In this document: positions 27,308 through 40,708 of the stretch, piece after piece
Layout: each line of letters begins with the position of its first letter
How positions within the stretch are numbered: position 1 is the stretch's first letter
From: the human T2T-CHM13v2.0 reference genome, Homo sapiens
Reading direction: 5' to 3' (one strand)
DNA length: 64,000 nucleotides
NCBI RefSeq assembly: GCF_009914755.1
Contig: NC_060925.1
The notes under the pieces: model-generated
Told to the model about the DNA's origin: nothing
The model's database searches: none
Seen by the model: the letters and a program-made list of their open reading frames with translations, nothing else
Made by a program: the position numbers and the translations under genes

Positions 27308-28171
27308 GTCCCACATCCCTATTCTACATTTCACTCTTTCTGCCTTCTTCCTGTGATCAGGTCTGTCTCCTCTACTGACTCTCTAACTCTTCAATCCAGA
27401 GATGCAGTCTTGTCTATCTTTAAATAAATTATCAGATAAGAAATTGTCCAGCTAAGTTCTAACACCAAGATGCTTCATGTTAGTTCTTCTTTCACCATAA
27501 TAACTCCTTCCGCATCCAGCTAATGTCTTTATGTATAGAATGTGCTTAATAAATGTTTGGAAAATCAAATGTTCTGTTTTCCTTCTGTGTATCTGGACTT
27601 TAATTAGAAATCAAAGTTGCTGTAATCTTGGTTAGTTAAATATTTGTGATTTGGTTTTTGTGAGGTCTCTCACACATCACCATATGACGTTGTGCCTATT
27701 ATGTGCTATCACCATCCTTGACTGGTATTGACAGAATTTTTCCTTCTGTTACCAACTTTGTTTCCTCTTTTCTTACTCCCTGCCCTTTTCCAACTGTAGC
27801 ATATTCCTATCAATATGCATAGTGACTCAAAAAAATAATATATAGGTGTGAATTTCCCAGAATCTCCCATTTATCCCATTTATTTAACAGTACACTGTTA
27901 ATTGTTGCATGTTCCTACTACGTGCCAGTCATCATGGTCCACAGTGGGAATATAAAAGTGAATTAAAAAATCTCCTTATCCTCAATGTTATATAACTAGA
28001 TTACAACCTAGTGGGTGAGACGGCAAACATGAATACCGAAAGCAGTAATATTCCCAGTTGAACAAAATATAATTTCTGCCATTTTAGCAGATCTTAATAG
28101 TCCTTAATTCAATATTAATGTACTTTATTTACCTACTTAATTGTAAACACACTTAACATTCTTTTTTTCAG

Positions 28172-28338
28172 AGTTCATACTTAAGGAATTCAATCTGAAT
28201 GAACCCAGGAGAGGGCAAGGGATAGTCATTTGCACTCGGTTTTCAGAAGCTATAAGTGAATACTATCAAAAGGCGATCCCTATGACTTGGTCATTACTGA
28301 AAAGGCAACAAAATTGAAGACTGTCTTCTCATAATTAG
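28172..28338 (+). other. Candidate spliced exon (167 nt)
   Basis: Branch-like cttaac, ttctttttttcag acceptor, TAG/gtaagt donor; stops in all three frames. Confidence 0.35.
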
Positions 28339-29174
28339 GTAAGTCAGAGATGGATCACACAGGACAAAAGGTATGTGGAGTGTGAGGCCAATATACAGGT
28401 TCACTGATGAGCAAAGCCTTTTTCCTACCCTGTGTTCCTTCACATCGACTACAGTCTGTGGATTATTCACATTTTAGGTATTTATTTGAATTATACCCTT
28501 CAGTATTTTGAACCCTCACCCCCTCCCACCACTTCAATCATTCTTTTACTTCTTCTGTTCATCTTAATCTCCCTAAAACTTCATTTTAATGTTGTAGTCT
28601 ACTTGATCACTCCTTTAATGTTCAACTAGCATTTCTTTTAGGGTTTCTTATAAACAAGGTGTACACACATAATAGTTTGCACAAAGTTAAAGAGGTAAAA
28701 AGAGGCCATGGCATGTGTGGGCAGTGAAAAGCCTGGTTAGAGTGCAGGGGCAATAGGAGAGAACAGGGTGGAAGATAGGCAGGGGCTGGGGCTGGTGACA
28801 GAGACCCAACAGAGCTGTACTAAGGCCAAAGAAAATTCTGAATTCATAGTGTGCAAACAGGAGCTACAATTGCACCTTAATTTCAATAATAGATATAGTT
28901 CTGGAAAGAGAAAAGTGAATTTCTAAATTTCTTTCAATTGAATTTCATAACAAATATGAGAGGCATTTCTTTGGAGGAAAAATTGGTTTTAACATATTGG
29001 AAAATAATGCTTAAAGTCTACCAATGTCTGCTTATCCTTTTCTTCTTTCAAGGCCCAGTTTCATGTGAATCTCCAAATTTCCCCAGTAATCTATATTCCT
29101 CTGAAATTTCATAGTAGTAGTTGGATTCCATCTTTGTAATTAAAAAATAATATATATGTACAGTTATGAAAAAG

Positions 29175-29775
29175 TACCTGGGGTACCCCAAAGTATGGTG
29201 CTTTGGAATGCTGAGTACTGTGACCCAAAGCACATTGGAAGACCTCAGAGCCAAGGTCTCTACCCTTCTGCCCTTCTGTCTCCTGCTCCCCTTTCACCCC
29301 CAAGGCAAATCATAGAAACTAGAAATATTACTCTAACCCTGCCTTTCTGTATAGGAGCTGGCCATAAAGAAATTGTCTGACCTACCTTGTCTGACAGTAG
29401 GCTATAAGGCCCTCATTGCAGTGGGGTCCTATCCTAGACCCAGGAGACAGGAATGCTACGCAGAGAGGCCAAGAAGAATCTGAACAGTCAGGCCTTGCTG
29501 AGTTTCCCTACTCAGTCTATTAGCATTAGATCGTTTCCTTTTGGTCCGGTCATATTTCCACATGGCAGCCCATTCTTCATTGAACCAAAGCATAAAAAAT
29601 AGACAGTTTTCTCTGAGTCTTTGGGTCTTCATTTCTGAAAGTTTCTGTGTCATGTGAAACTTTGATTAAGTAAGTCTGTATGCTTTTCTCTTGTTAACCT
29701 GTCTTTTTTTGCAGGAGCACTGTCCCTGACCTTTATGATTGGTGAGAAAACGTGTAACACCTTTCTGCCCCCACA
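29175..29775 (+). mobile_element. MER39-like ERV1 solo LTR
   Basis: accccaaagtatggtgctttgg, ggccataaagaaatt, aagaagaatctgaacag...ccttgctg, ends ...ccccaca. Confidence 0.8.
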
Positions 29776-30849
29776 TGTCCATAATCTGTAAATCAGACCA
29801 AGAGAATAACCACGTTTGCTCAGGGTTTATTTACTTTTCTGAGAGAATATACTATTCATTGACTATGTTATTTGTTGTTTATTAAAGGCTTAGGCTATAT
29901 GAAATTATATGTTGTTAATTTCTGAATTTGTATCCAGTTTTGAAGGAAATGATTTCTGTTCAGGAGATAAGGTAAGTCCAAAGGTTAATGCCTTATGGGA
30001 CATGGCCAGTTTTATATCTAATTTAACAATCTTATTTTAACATTCTATTATTAAATTTCCTGTAAATACTCAGCTCCTCAACTATTCATCAAATCAGTTT
30101 TTCTATCTTACTGTTTTCCTCATTAATTTATGAGTTCAATAAGTTCTTTCACATGGATTCATTCTATTTCACATGAATCATGTTTTTTGCCTTTTTTTGA
30201 ACAGTATACTTGGATAATATAAGTTCTTTTTAGACTTCAGCAGATGAAAATACCAAAACTTTTGTACCTATAGTGTTATCAGAGCCATTTATGAACCATA
30301 CCATTTGGTAATTCTGATTCATTTTTGCTTTATAGCTTGATCATCCTTTCTGGCTGGTAGGTCCATATAGTATTTTTCTTCCCTACCCCACCAAATTAAA
30401 ATGTTTTATAAAGGTCTGAGGATGAGTGTAAAACCAGCAGTGATGTAGGATCTGAGGAAAGTTATAAAATAAGATTTTCTTAAATGCTTTCTTTAAAGGC
30501 AGCATTTATATATATATATGATATTATGAGGACAACTATGTATATATATGTCATCTATACACATATACATGACGTATATATCATTGTCCTCATCATCTCA
30601 TCAATTACATTGTACAGGAGGGAATGGTTAATTTCATCTTTTGGCGTTAAGGAGTAACATCTGGGCTTAAATTGGTGCTCTTTAAGCTGACAAGTTTGGG
30701 GGAAGAAAACGTCCAAGTATGGTATTAAGGAGTTTGACATATTTGGGGAATTGGATGTGGTTCAGCATTATTGGGGAGAAACGAGAGGGATGGGAGTGTG
30801 AACCAAGCAGGTGTTGGCTCATGGAGGGCCTCCTGAGGACTTTGAGCAG

Positions 30850-31530
30850 TGCATTAGCTTCGTATTGCTGCTGTAACAAATTACCACACATTTAGTGGCT
30901 TAAAGCAACAGATACATTCTCTTACTGTCTAGAGCAGCTGTACCCAACCCGTCTTTGAATCAAGGACCTTTTCTGTTTATCCATGGTGGTGGATATCATG
31001 AAAATTATGCACAGAACACCCCCCTCCAACCTTTTTTTTTTTTTTTTTTTTTTTTTTTCAGCTCATCAGCTATCGTTAGTGTATTTTGTGTGTGGCCCAA
31101 GATAATTCTTCTTCTCCCAGTGTGGCCCAGGGAATCCAAAAGGTTGGACCTGTGTGATCTAGGGGTAAAAGGTTTGAAGTGTGTCTGCAGGGTTGCATTC
31201 CTTCTGGAGGCTCCAGGGGAGAACCTGTTCCCTTGTTTTTTCCTGCTTCTAGAGGCCTCCTGCATTAATTGGCTCATGGCCTCTGTTATTCCAATGTCTG
31301 CTTCTGCTATTTCACCAGCCTTCTGTGAGTCTGATGTTCCTGCTTCCCTGTTATAATGAGCCTTGTGGTTACATTGGGCCCACATGGAAAATTCAGGATG
31401 ATCTCATCTGAAGAGCCTTAACTTAAATACATCTGCAAATTCCTTTGCCATGTAAAGTAACATATCCATAAGTTTCAGAGATTAGGATGTGAACATCCCT
31501 GGGGGGTGGGGCATTGTTTAGCCTGCCATA
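30850..31530 (-). mobile_element. MLT1C-type LTR interrupted by MER30
   Basis: gctgctgtaacaaattaccac...ccttctggaggctccagggga...tttgccatgtaaagtaacat. Confidence 0.85.
30935..31156 (-). mobile_element. MER30(B) hAT-Charlie element
   Basis: cagctcatcagctatcgttagtgtatttt...tggcccaag; 8-bp TSD gtctagag/atctaggg matching the NTCTAGAN target preference. Confidence 0.85.
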
Positions 31531-31591
31531 AATGGTATCTCATAGTTTCTGGTAAATCATTTGAAGACTGTAAGCAGGTGATATGCTGATA

Positions 31592-31759
31592 TAGGGGTTC
31601 GCAAATTTTAGTGTGCATGAGAATCAACTGGGGTGCTTATTAAATATATCAGTGATTCTGATTCCGTATCTCCAGGGTTGGTCTGAGAGCTGCAGTCTTA
31701 ACAAGCAGCCAGGTGATTCTGATGCAGGTGTTTTGGCAGTCATCCTTCGGGAGACACTG
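31592..31759. mobile_element. MER5-type hAT element
   Basis: gtgtgcatgagaatcaactgggg...aacaagcagccaggtgattctgatgcaggt. Confidence 0.75.
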
Positions 31760-31949
31760 TTCTGATGGCTGGGTGGAAAATGGGCTGAAGAGAGGAGAGC
31801 TTAGAGGTCACAAGACCTGGTGGTAGACTAATGCATTAGCACTTAGAGTAGGTAAAATATATTTATTGATTATTAAAAAATAACCTTTCAAAAGCCCAGG
31901 GATATTGAATACTGACAATGAAATGTGAAAAAAAAGCCCAGGGAGACAG

Positions 31950-32528
<579 letters not shown>

Positions 32529-33781
32529 TTATTTTCTAAGAAAACTCTCAACTTAATTCTAATGTGCAGAATATCTGTGGATTACTTTTCTGTCACACAC
32601 TTTCCTAAAGCTCTATAGAAAATACTACAGCAAAACTCAGGAAGAGCCTCTTTGAACACAGAGCCAGCCCACCTTGCTTCTTAAATCTATCAGGCATTCC
32701 TCAGGACACATTTCTCTTTGGTTATTCAGACCCTGTTTCCCAGCACTTTGTCAGCTTGAGGGTGATGATCCTGGCTAAAGGAAGAGGATGTAGAACAGCA
32801 GAGGCAAAGCATCAAATGCAACAGAGAATGAATGAGCAGCCCTTAGGAGAGAAGTCTTGTCAGAACACACATATGAAAATAATTGGAAATCCCATCTTCT
32901 AAAATATGAGAAGCAAGAACATTTGATAAAACAGGACTGTGAGTTCAGAAACTTCTCTACTTACAAACAACAGAGAATTTTAGGAACTTTCAGAGAAATA
33001 AGAACAAAATTTGTCTCATAGAAAGATGTCCCAGCTTTGCCAGTCAGATGACTATAGCAGACTCAGGAAGGCATTTACAAAAATGAGGAGTAGGGTCTTT
33101 TTGTGTTTACAAATAAATGGGTTTAGGAATAGCCTTTTAGCACGAACCTGTCATCAGGTAAAAGGACTTCTGTTTGGTGATTTAAATGGATTCCCTATGT
33201 TATTAGTAAAGTAATGGAAAATTGTCCTTAAGAGAATTTCTGTATAATGAGGTAAACATATTTGTCTGCTGCAGAAGGTGGTTTGGGGCTCCAATTATGC
33301 TGGGGAGGTGGGAGGTGATAGTAGCAGAGCACAGCTACTGGCAGTAGGTGGTACCAGCCCTGCAGTCACCCTGCAAATCATGAATACTGGGCATCAGAGA
33401 GTGTGGAATGGGTAAGAATAGGAAAGTGTGCTCAAAACCTTACAGGTGTGTTTGCTTAGACTAGGCTAACATTGGCAGCCCAGTTGGTAGAACACTATGT
33501 GTTAGAAAAGAAAAGACATCACCTACACAAAATTCCAAGGGGAATATTTAACCTACTTAAAATAAGAAACTGCTTTTAGGTATGAAACATCCATTTACAT
33601 TAAAAGAATTGTTGTATACTGCTTATGAATAACCATGCTTAACTATTCTTTAAAGTACGTCCTTTAGGGACTATACCTGTCCAATTTTTGTGAATCCAGT
33701 TTACTAGAATGTATTTTGAACCATATCAAAACTGTACTTTGGGGAATAGATTTTACAGTTCAATTTGAAATAATGTGGTTG

Positions 33782-34146
33782 TGTATTAGTCCATTCTCAT
33801 GCTGCTAATAAAGACATACCAGAGACTGGGTAATTTATAAAGGAAAGAGAGGTTTAATGGACTCACAGTTCCACATGGCTGGAGAGGCCTCACAATGATG
33901 GCAGAAGGCAAAGGAGGCGCAAAGGCACCTCTTACATGGTGGCAGGCAAGAGAACATATGCAGGGCAATTGCCCTTTATAAAACCATCAGATCTTGTGAG
34001 ACTTATTCACTATCATGAGAACAGCACAGGAAAAACCCACCCCCATGATTCAATTACCTCCCACCAGGTCCTCCCACAACACATGGGGATTATGGGAGCT
34101 ACAATTCAAGATGAGATTTGGTTGGGGACACAGCCAAACCATGTTA
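33782..34146 (-). mobile_element. THE1B/C solo LTR
   Basis: tgtattagtccattctcatgctgctaataaagacatacc...ggacacagccaaaccat; perfect 5-bp TSD ggttg. Confidence 0.93.
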
Positions 34147-34219
34147 GGTTGTATTGAATGAACCGATTTTACAGATGAAGAAATTAAGGAACAGATAAAT
34201 TAACATGCTCAAGATCCTA

Positions 34220-34676
<457 letters not shown>

Positions 34677-35699
34677 CTACAGCAGAAAAGCAGCTGTATC
34701 TATGTAATTAAGCAGCAAACATTATTCAAAGACTTTAAGACACCTTTGTGGTACTGAATTTACACAAGAAATCCAGAAAGAGAGCCTTCAGTGAAATGTA
34801 TCCTCAGTGACAGGAGGTTATGTTTCAATTTAACAAATTTGACCAACTGACTTATCAAAATTTCTGTTTCTGATGAGTGGATTATCTCAGCTTCTAACTC
34901 TGCTCTACTGGTGATGGGGCTTTTGACATTTCTCTGTTCATTTGTATCTAACCACAGGGTGGAGGAGCAAGATAAGGTGGAGATCATCTTTGGCTATGGA
35001 TTAAATCTCTATAGGAAGCTCTTAGTGGGACTGGTGGAGGGAAGTTAAAATGAGGTTTAGGTGTCATTTCTTGTTTTGTCTCCCTGCTCCAACCCCCAGT
35101 GTGTCGAGTGTTCGTGAGTTGGCCTTGAGGAGCCTCTAAATGTATCTGAGATGCTCTGAAATGCAAGTCACACAAGATAAAACATCGCTCCTCTGCTTAA
35201 AACCATGTTCCGCTGGAACACCGAATTCACATTGTGAAGGAAAAATATAATACATTAAACAGATGTAGTAATATTGTTTTATTTTGGCAAAATTTCTTGT
35301 GTTATGTGTGTATATATGAGAACACTTATATTCTCTAAATTTACTTTGTTAGTGATTTATGAGAATAAATGGAGAGGTGATCCATACATTCTCTGTGTGG
35401 ATAAGTAGACTTGAAGACTTCAATTTTGACCATCATTGCTCAACGCTACTTTTCTCCCTAATTAGCATTAGTGTGTGAGTTAAGAGTTAAATAATGATAT
35501 TTTTGCTTATAGAATTAGGTGATAAACACTGATCTTGACTTTCATAAAGGCTTCCCTGTTTGTATCATTACAAGTGGATGGATGATGACAAAGTTGGTTA
35601 ATGGTTTACGTTGTCTTACAGTACTATTTTGAGAGGTTTGATTAAAAAAAAACTTATTCCTGATTGCCTGAAATGCCTGGAAAATAGCCCTTTTTCATT

Positions 35700-35822
35700 T
35701 CTTTCCTACTTTCTCTCCTTCCTTCCTTCCTTCCTTCCTTCCCTCCCTCCTTCCTTCCTTCCCTCCCTCCCTCCCTCCTTCCTTCCTTCCTTCCCTCCTT
35801 CTTTCCTTCCCTCCTTTCTTCC
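35700..35822. repeat. (TTCC/CTCC)n pyrimidine microsatellite
   Basis: Direct reading; six consecutive TTCC at 35719-35742. Confidence 0.95.
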
Positions 35823-35829
35823 AGACACA

Positions 35830-36470
35830 TTTTCTAAGCACCTACTAAATACTAGGCATATGCACTATGTACTGGTAATGCAGTAATAAATAAAATGAAT
35901 ATGATTTATACCATCCTGGCACTTTCAGAAACCAATTATATTAAGTATGTAAGTAATTAGTGAAATGGAATTATGATACATGTTATTAGAAGAGTTTGGG
36001 GTGCTGGGGGAATACACTGGGAACCTCCTATGTAGTCATGGGGAGTCCTGAGGAAGTAACATTTAAACTGAGCTTTAAAGAGAAGGAAGACAGAAAAAGG
36101 GCTGAGAATTTGGTGGTTAACAGGATGTGTGTGAGGAAGAGGATGGGGATGAAGAAAGGCATATGCAGAGCCTGTGGCAGAAGGACTGGTATATCCAAGA
36201 AGTAGAAACAGAGAACAGGGGGAGCAGAGCAGTTGTTGGAGTGGGGTAGTAAAGATGGCAGATCACATCAGCTGTCTTTGCTGGGGTCCTATGGAGAGTT
36301 AATGCACTGTCTCAAGAGCAATGGGGAGTCACAAATGTTTTACAGAGAAGAGTGACAGGACCAGATTGGTATGTTTCAAAGATGGACTTGGTGCAGTGTG
36401 AAGAGTGAGTTGGAGAAAGGCCAGGATTAAATCTGTGGGAGCAGAAAGGAGGTTATTTAGTTGGCTAGTA
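35830..36470 (-). mobile_element. L2 fragment
   Basis: ctaagcacctactaaatactaggc, ctgaggaagtaacatttaaactgag, agcaatggggagtcac. Confidence 0.7.
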
Positions 36471-36474
36471 TGAG

Positions 36475-36953
36475 TGTGATAGTAAATTTTATGTGTCAAC
36501 CTGACTGGGATATGGGGTACCTAGATATCTTGTTAAACATTATTTCTGGGTGTCCTGTAAGAGTGTTTCTAGAGGAGATTACCATTTGAATTGCCAGACT
36601 GGGTAAAGCAGATGGCCAATTTGTGTGAGCATCTTCTAATCTGTTCAGGAAGAAGGGTGAATCCACTCTCCGCCTGACTACTTGAGCTCAAATATTGACC
36701 TGTCCTCAGTCATCCTAGCTCTTGGGTCTTCAAACTCAGACTAGAATCTATACCATTTGCTCTCTGGCTCTCAGGCCTTCAAACTACACTACTGGCTTTC
36801 CTGGGTGTCTAGGTCATAGTCAGCCAATCTTGGGACTTCTCAGCCTCCATAACTGCATGAGCTCATTCCTTTTAATAAATCTAATTATTTATATTCTTGG
36901 AATATATGTATCTCCTATTGGTTCTGTTTTTCTGGAGAACCCTGACTAATATA
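36475..36953 (+). mobile_element. MLT2 (ERVL) solo LTR
   Basis: tgtgatagtaaattttatgtgtcaacctgactgg ... cctattggttctgtttttctggagaaccctgactaata. Confidence 0.9.
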
Positions 36954-37173
36954 GTGTAAGATAACATAGGCAAAGAGGGGTGAGATGAAGGTAGGAAAAA
37001 GGTAGATAAATATATACAAAATTCAACTGGACCCTGTGATTAATTGGAAGGTTGGGTGAGTGGTCAGGCCAACTACCAGCTCTTGTAAAGTGTCTTGTCC
37101 TTGGATCCAAATGGTTGTTGCAAAAATCTGTGTCATTGTCTCACATCTTATACACATAGCTCTTTGTGGAGTA

Positions 37174-37299
37174 CAAACAGTCCCCAACTTACTGTGGGTC
37201 TGATGGATTTATTGAAGTATTAAATGCATTTTTGATTTAAGATAATTTAACTTACTATAGGTTCATTGGGATGTAACTCCGTCATAAGCTGAGCATCTG
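37174..37299 (-). mobile_element. TcMar-Tigger MITE fragment (MER47-like)
   Basis: cagtccccaacttac ... gggatgtaactccgtcataagctgagcatctg termini. Confidence 0.65.
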
Positions 37300-38399
37300 T
37301 TTAAGGAGCATCTACATAAGGAATGGGATGGCTTAGAGTTCTCTGGACAATTTCCTGTCCTGGCTGTCTTCCTTACTTACTTTGGCACTTAGGAGAGAGA
37401 TGTCATCTTTTGCTTCCTCACCTGGGATTTGAAGCCATCACTGGTCAGCTTCCTTGGCATTGAATAACCAGTCTCCCGACAGATTCACCTTCCTTCTTCC
37501 CTACCCTGCTTTCCCTCCCCCAGAGTCCTGTTCTTTAGTCCAGGAGATGTCTGCACCCCTCTTCCTCAATTTGGTCCATTTAAGTTGTGGATCTCCCAGA
37601 TGTCACTTCCAAGTGCTCACGTGAGTCTTTGCTTCGGGTCAGGCCTTTAGATTTTTCTCCTGCCTGTTCTCTATGTTCTCTCCTCAGCGAACACACTTGC
37701 ATCCAAAAGAGTGTATGCATGCATCTCACTGTGGGCAACAGTCATTCTCTGGTGAGCTGTGTGGAAAATACTGGATAAAATTATTTTAGAAATATATATT
37801 TTTGAGGAATCATTGTAAGAAATCATTTTGGAAAAAGTCTTTCTGACCTAATTGCCTGGTTACCCATCCTTCTCTTCTTTGTTGTCCATGTCTTACTGTG
37901 GCTGTGTGGAGGGATCATTCATGATCTGTGTCCTCGAGGAGCAGGGTGGAGAGTGGCTTTGGTAGAGCAGCCCTCCCATGTCCCGCACCTCTGGTGTTGG
38001 CGGGCCTGGGCCAGCATTGGAGGCATTGGGGCAGGTACTGCCCCTAGTAGGGTTTGGTGGCATAGTTGCCAGCTTTGGGGCTGGCAGAGAAAGGAGATGA
38101 CCACAGAATGAAGGAGGAGGAAAATAGTGGATTTCAGACCCCAGGACACATGGGAGACACATGCAGGGGAATTTCAGTGCCACCTGGGGGGAATTTGAGG
38201 GGTAACAATGAGTGGATGCGGGGCTGTTTCAGACAGATACTCTTTGCGGGCTGATTCTGCTCTATATTAATGTCAGGCTGATGAGTTCAGGAAACATGGT
38301 TTGCTGAAGACAAATTTACAGTGGAGGAATGATAAGAGAAGAGGCTAAAAGCATGAGCTGAGGCTAGATCATGCTCTAAAGCCTTGAATGCTTTAAGGG

Positions 38400-38548
38400 C
38401 AGTGGTTCTCAAACTGGGGATTCTGCATTGTTAAAATGCAGATTTTGACATGGAAGGGCTGGAATGGGGCCTGAGATTCTGCATGTCTGGAAAGCTGCCC
38501 CATGATGCCAGGGCTGCTGGGCCTTGGGCCTCACTTTGAGTAGCAAGG
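38400..38548. mobile_element. MER5A-type hAT element
   Basis: cagtggttctcaaact...ggggcctgagattctgcat...cactttgagtagcaagg. Confidence 0.8.
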
Positions 38549-38689
38549 CCCACTAAGTTAAAGACTATAAAGCATGTTTAGTGAGACTTGTTGTGAACCT
38601 TTTATCAGAAGCACGAGATACAATATACACTTTAAGATCCAAGAGAATGTTTCTCAATGTGTGGTTCTGCGGGATATCAAAAAACGTTT

Positions 38690-38832
38690 AGCTTTGGAGT
38701 CAGTCTCCCTGGTTTGAACCTTGACTCTACATTCAGTAGGTGTGTAACCTTCAGGAGTTATCTAACCATGCATGTCCTCAGTTTTGTAGTCTGTAATATG
38801 GCAATAATCATGGTACCTACCTTATAGGGGTT
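38690..38832 (+). mobile_element. MIR, nested in a decayed hAT-like MER (about 38645-38990)
   Basis: gctttggagtcag...tgtgtaaccttcagg...cctcagtttt...acctaccttataggg. Confidence 0.7.
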
Positions 38833-39674
38833 GCTCACTGCAATTATCCAGTTTGAAGAATGTGGATTAAATAAATTAAGCTGATATCTTTACTTCAGGA
38901 CGTCTCAGGACCTTTACTTTGCTAAAGTGATGCTCCAAAGAGGATGTAAGGTAAGTGGCATTTCCCACTCTTATTTTCCTGGAATGTTTGGTAGGTCTAT
39001 TATTTTTTGCACCTCCTCTTTTAGGATTGATCTGGTGGCCGAGAAGAAGATGGTTGGTTTAAGAAGAGACTATAGGCTGAAGAGATTCTTCAGGACATAG
39101 GTGTGGAAGAAAGGAGTGTGGCAGAATGTCCAGATGTTGAGTCACTGAGGCAGTGGTGTAGGGTGGAGAGGAAGGAGTGGTCATAAGAAACTCTCTGAGG
39201 CTGGATCAGGCAGGAGACTCATTAGATGTGAGGGTTAGAAAGAAGGGGGAGTCTTGTAAGATTCTTTCCCCCCTAGAGAGAAACAGAAGGCCAGGGGAGA
39301 GCGCCATGTGTTTAATTTTCCATTCTGATTGAAATTCTGCTGTGTGTTGCCCACAAACTAACAGCATGCCTCTTGAGTCTCTAGGGCATTTTACAGTAAA
39401 GCCACATATTTTCTGAAGTTAGGTCAAGACTGAGCATATGAAATTCCTCAAGTGTGAAATTCCACTTAACCCCATTAATGCTTATAACCCTGAGTAGGTA
39501 TTGTTTATAATTCACTCCTGGTTACCAGTGGGTATTTGCATTTGCCAAATCTTTTCAATCCTATCTCAAACTAAGTTTATTTTAGGGAAAAAAATTTGCC
39601 TTCCTGTCAAAAAGCTGAGAAGAACCAATCTCCCCCTCCCATTCCTATGGTTTGCACATTTGGCTGTAGCTCTG

Positions 39675-39676
<2 letters not shown>

Positions 39677-39712
<36 letters not shown>
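39677..39712. repeat. (GT)18 microsatellite
   Basis: Direct reading. Confidence 0.98.
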
Positions 39713-39714
<2 letters not shown>

Positions 39715-40117
39715 TGTTATTCTGAATTTCATAGTACTTATGATAGTAAAACCTTACGTTTATAAGGGCCTTTACAGTTTACCAAAGGTTTGGAAATGGA
39801 TATTACTCAGCATACCTATTTTTTTTTCCTTATATGTGGCAAAGAAAGTGGGGATGGTATACAGGTTTATATGTAATCTGTAGATACTTTTCTTCCCCTG
39901 GGAAATTTCTACAGCTCTTATACAGAGATTTCATACATGGTTGATGCTGAAAATATTAAAGTGATTATTTGAATTATAAGGATAAATCCATTTATGTGTA
40001 AGTACAGTTACTGAACCATGCTTGCAATGTAAGGAGCCTAGTTGAGATGCAGCTGGAATAATTTTATCCCCCTCATTCCTGCTCCCAAATTTAATTACAT
40101 ACTATAGCTTTATTTAA

Positions 40118-40141
40118 ACACACACACACACACACACACAC
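40118..40141. repeat. (AC)12 microsatellite
   Basis: Direct reading. Confidence 0.98.
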
Positions 40142-40708
40142 GTTACATGATTCAACATTTGCTTTAGGTTTAATTTCTTTTAACGGCCCTTTGACTTTCT
40201 CTAAAGTAAATTCTTTAGTTAATATCTTAGAGTCATTTTGACCAAAGTCTAAGATACAAATCTTTTGGGGCAGCAGTTCAAGTATAATCTAGGACGAATA
40301 TGAACCACTTTAATTTCTGCAGATGGGGCCCTCTGTTTCTGGCCACTACCTAGATTGTAATTAGTGAAGGTCTCTCATCACACTTTACAATGCCGATTGG
40401 TTTAGAAATCAGGCTTTCAGATTATGTACAACCATTATCCACAAAAGCTGCCACTCATGGAACATTTATTTTGTGCCAATGACTTTACAAACATTAATAC
40501 GTTTAATCCTCCCAGCTATTCTGTGAGGCCAGGATTTCGACACCATTTTCAGAAAAGAAGCAGCAGAGGAAGAATCCTGATCTCCTGGCCCCAGAGCCTG
40601 TGTCTCCACTGGCTGACAGGTGTCAGCTATGGGGCTGAAAAATGTTGATTGAGAGTTTTATTCAGAGAGTTTAGGCTACCTAGGAACTTGGAACTATGAC
40701 AAAGCATT

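Noticed and set aside
33341-33354. CTCF-like motif gcagtaggtggtac
   Set aside because: Two mismatches at conserved C positions; cannot be supported without ChIP data.
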